A stretch of 64,000 bases of DNA. Source: the human T2T-CHM13v2.0 reference genome, Homo sapiens. This document shows positions 62,245-64,000 of this stretch, piece after piece. Every line of letters starts with the position of its first letter. The first letter of the stretch is position 1. The position numbers and the translations under genes were made by a program. The notes beneath the pieces were generated by a model, which did not search any database, was not told the DNA's origin, and saw nothing but the letters and a program-made list of their open reading frames with translations. Where the stretch lies: assembly GCF_009914755.1 (NCBI RefSeq), contig NC_060928.1. One strand, 5' to 3'.

Positions 62245-63109
62245 AAAATCATGCTTCTTACTAAAGCTTGTTAGGTGTTAGGCCATCGTAATAATTAGGT
62301 TTATCCATCTATTTGATCTAAACAGATATGAATATATTTACCAAGGTTACTGGTTTATTGACAATAGTGAAGATAAACTGTGTTATGGAAAATAAATACA
62401 GAGCCATGTATTAAAATAATAAAGTCCTACATAAATTCTAACAAGAATGGTAAACAACAGACTCCAGTTCAACCCGAGACACATAAATTAGTAATCTAAA
62501 TATTTAAGAAACTGAGAAAAATAAGAAATTTTCCTCTTCCTCTGTTCTGTGTTATAAATAGAAATGCAGTGAAAGTGATAAAAAAAATTTGGAACATAAG
62601 GATTCCAAAACATAGCATCAAAACTGAGTTTATTTTCTTCCTATCTCATTTCATTGGATAATTCTGTATCATATTTGTTTTTTTCCCTAACAGCTGTATT
62701 TTATGATCATGTTCATTGTCATCATCACCAAATGGAAAGATAACTAAGTGTTCTTAAGTTCTAGGTGAAGGGAGGCCACTGTCAAAGTAAACAGAGTTGG
62801 TCCCAGTTGTCTAAAACCTCACATGGTCAAGAGTGACTGAAACGTTTTCTTCGTGCACTCTAATACATAATAATGATCCTTCCAGGACTGGTTGATATGA
62901 TAGAAGTCATAGCACAGCCAGTTCAATAAATTTCCATGGTGTGGATCACCACTCCACAAATCTAGAAAAATAGGTAAAATAATTTGACTATTTTGATAGC
63001 TGTGATGACCTCATAGAGTGGTGCCATAAATCTGTTTGTGAGCACACAATGTGAGGTAGAAACATCAGGGTTTGTTGTTGTTGTTGTTGGAGGTGTTGTA
63101 GAGCAGAAA

Positions 63110-63245
63110 ATAATGGCTTCAAAGTTAGAAGACCCAGCTCTTTGTCCTATTTTTGTCACTAGCTAACTGTGTGACTTTGGCCAAGTCACTTAAACACTGT
63201 GGCCCTCTGTCCCCTTATTAATAACATAAGGTATGTAAAGTAATG
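63110..63245 (+). mobile_element. MIR
   Basis: gtcactagctaactgtgtgactttggccaagtcacttaa. Confidence 0.7.
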
Positions 63246-64000
63246 TCATCTCTAGCTTTATCAGCTCATGATTTTCATCCATGCACAAAAGAATAGGGAG
63301 ACAATGTGCTTTGAGACCTGAATAATCTAAAAAAAGCAAATCAAGGGCTAATTACCTCACTGAAGACTGCATGGATATGACATGTGCTTTTGCCTTTCTG
63401 TTCTCCTGAGGGCTTTGTACTTTCTTCTAGAGCAGTTTCAGGGACAATTTTAGTCCTCACTCTTTAGGAGACAGAAGCATCTCTGCCTGAACTCTCCCTT
63501 GGTGGCTGAGACTTGGCAAACTCCTTTCCTTTCTGTTTCTCTTTGTGAAGTTCATGTTTATTTTAAATTTCATTACTTCTTTTATTCCAACATAGTTTAA
63601 ATATCAATATGCAATGCGTGCAAAAGAAATCAAAGGCACATGGGCCATGTACATGTAAATATTAGGAAAAGTTATTCTCAGGGAGAGAGAAATCTTTCAG
63701 GAAAACTTTACTGAATGTCATTACCAGGCCTCAAATAAAAACAAAGCAAATCAAAACAGATCTGGTTTCCCTGGATTAGCCTCAAAGGCAATATTGTTTA
63801 TGAAAACCAAAAAAGATCCCTACTTAGTTTATCTGATCTGTCCATATTTGAATAAGCTACCATCTATTGGGAGTTCTGTGTTTTTCAAGTCACAGACCCA
63901 GTCCTTGTGTCTGAGATGAGATGTCCTAGCAGATAGTGAGACAATATTCCAAGACATCACAAAAGACAGGGATACCTGCCATGGCCATGGCAGGAACACC

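Overview
Human (primate) intronic DNA from inside a minus-strand gene that I recognise as RNF150, a PA-TM-RING (Goliath/GRAIL family) E3 ubiquitin ligase. Four coding exons (57112-57041, 55476-55394, 33856-33760, 19138-18928) have canonical AG/GT ends and compatible phases, and they encode the RING-H2 domain and cytosolic tail. The last donor is open, so the canonical terminal exon appears to lie beyond the left end of the window. The rest is intron with 12 Alus, L1s, LTRs, DNA transposon fossils and microsatellites. The best observations are: (1) two candidate in-frame alternative terminal exons, at 9092-9004 (ends DSNV*, PDZ-ligand-like, with AATAAA) and 10678-10404 (ends KKLI*); (2) an 8.5-kb chimeric L1 with a duplicated ~2.9-kb 3' half inside a single TSD pair, with patchy shared variants; (3) a human-specific L1-Ta insertion; (4) a templated insertion inside a MER33 that copies 50 bp from 2 kb away; (5) RING exons that would form a stop-free circular ORF. 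Repeat subfamily names come from recalled consensus sequences and need RepeatMasker/Dfam confirmation.
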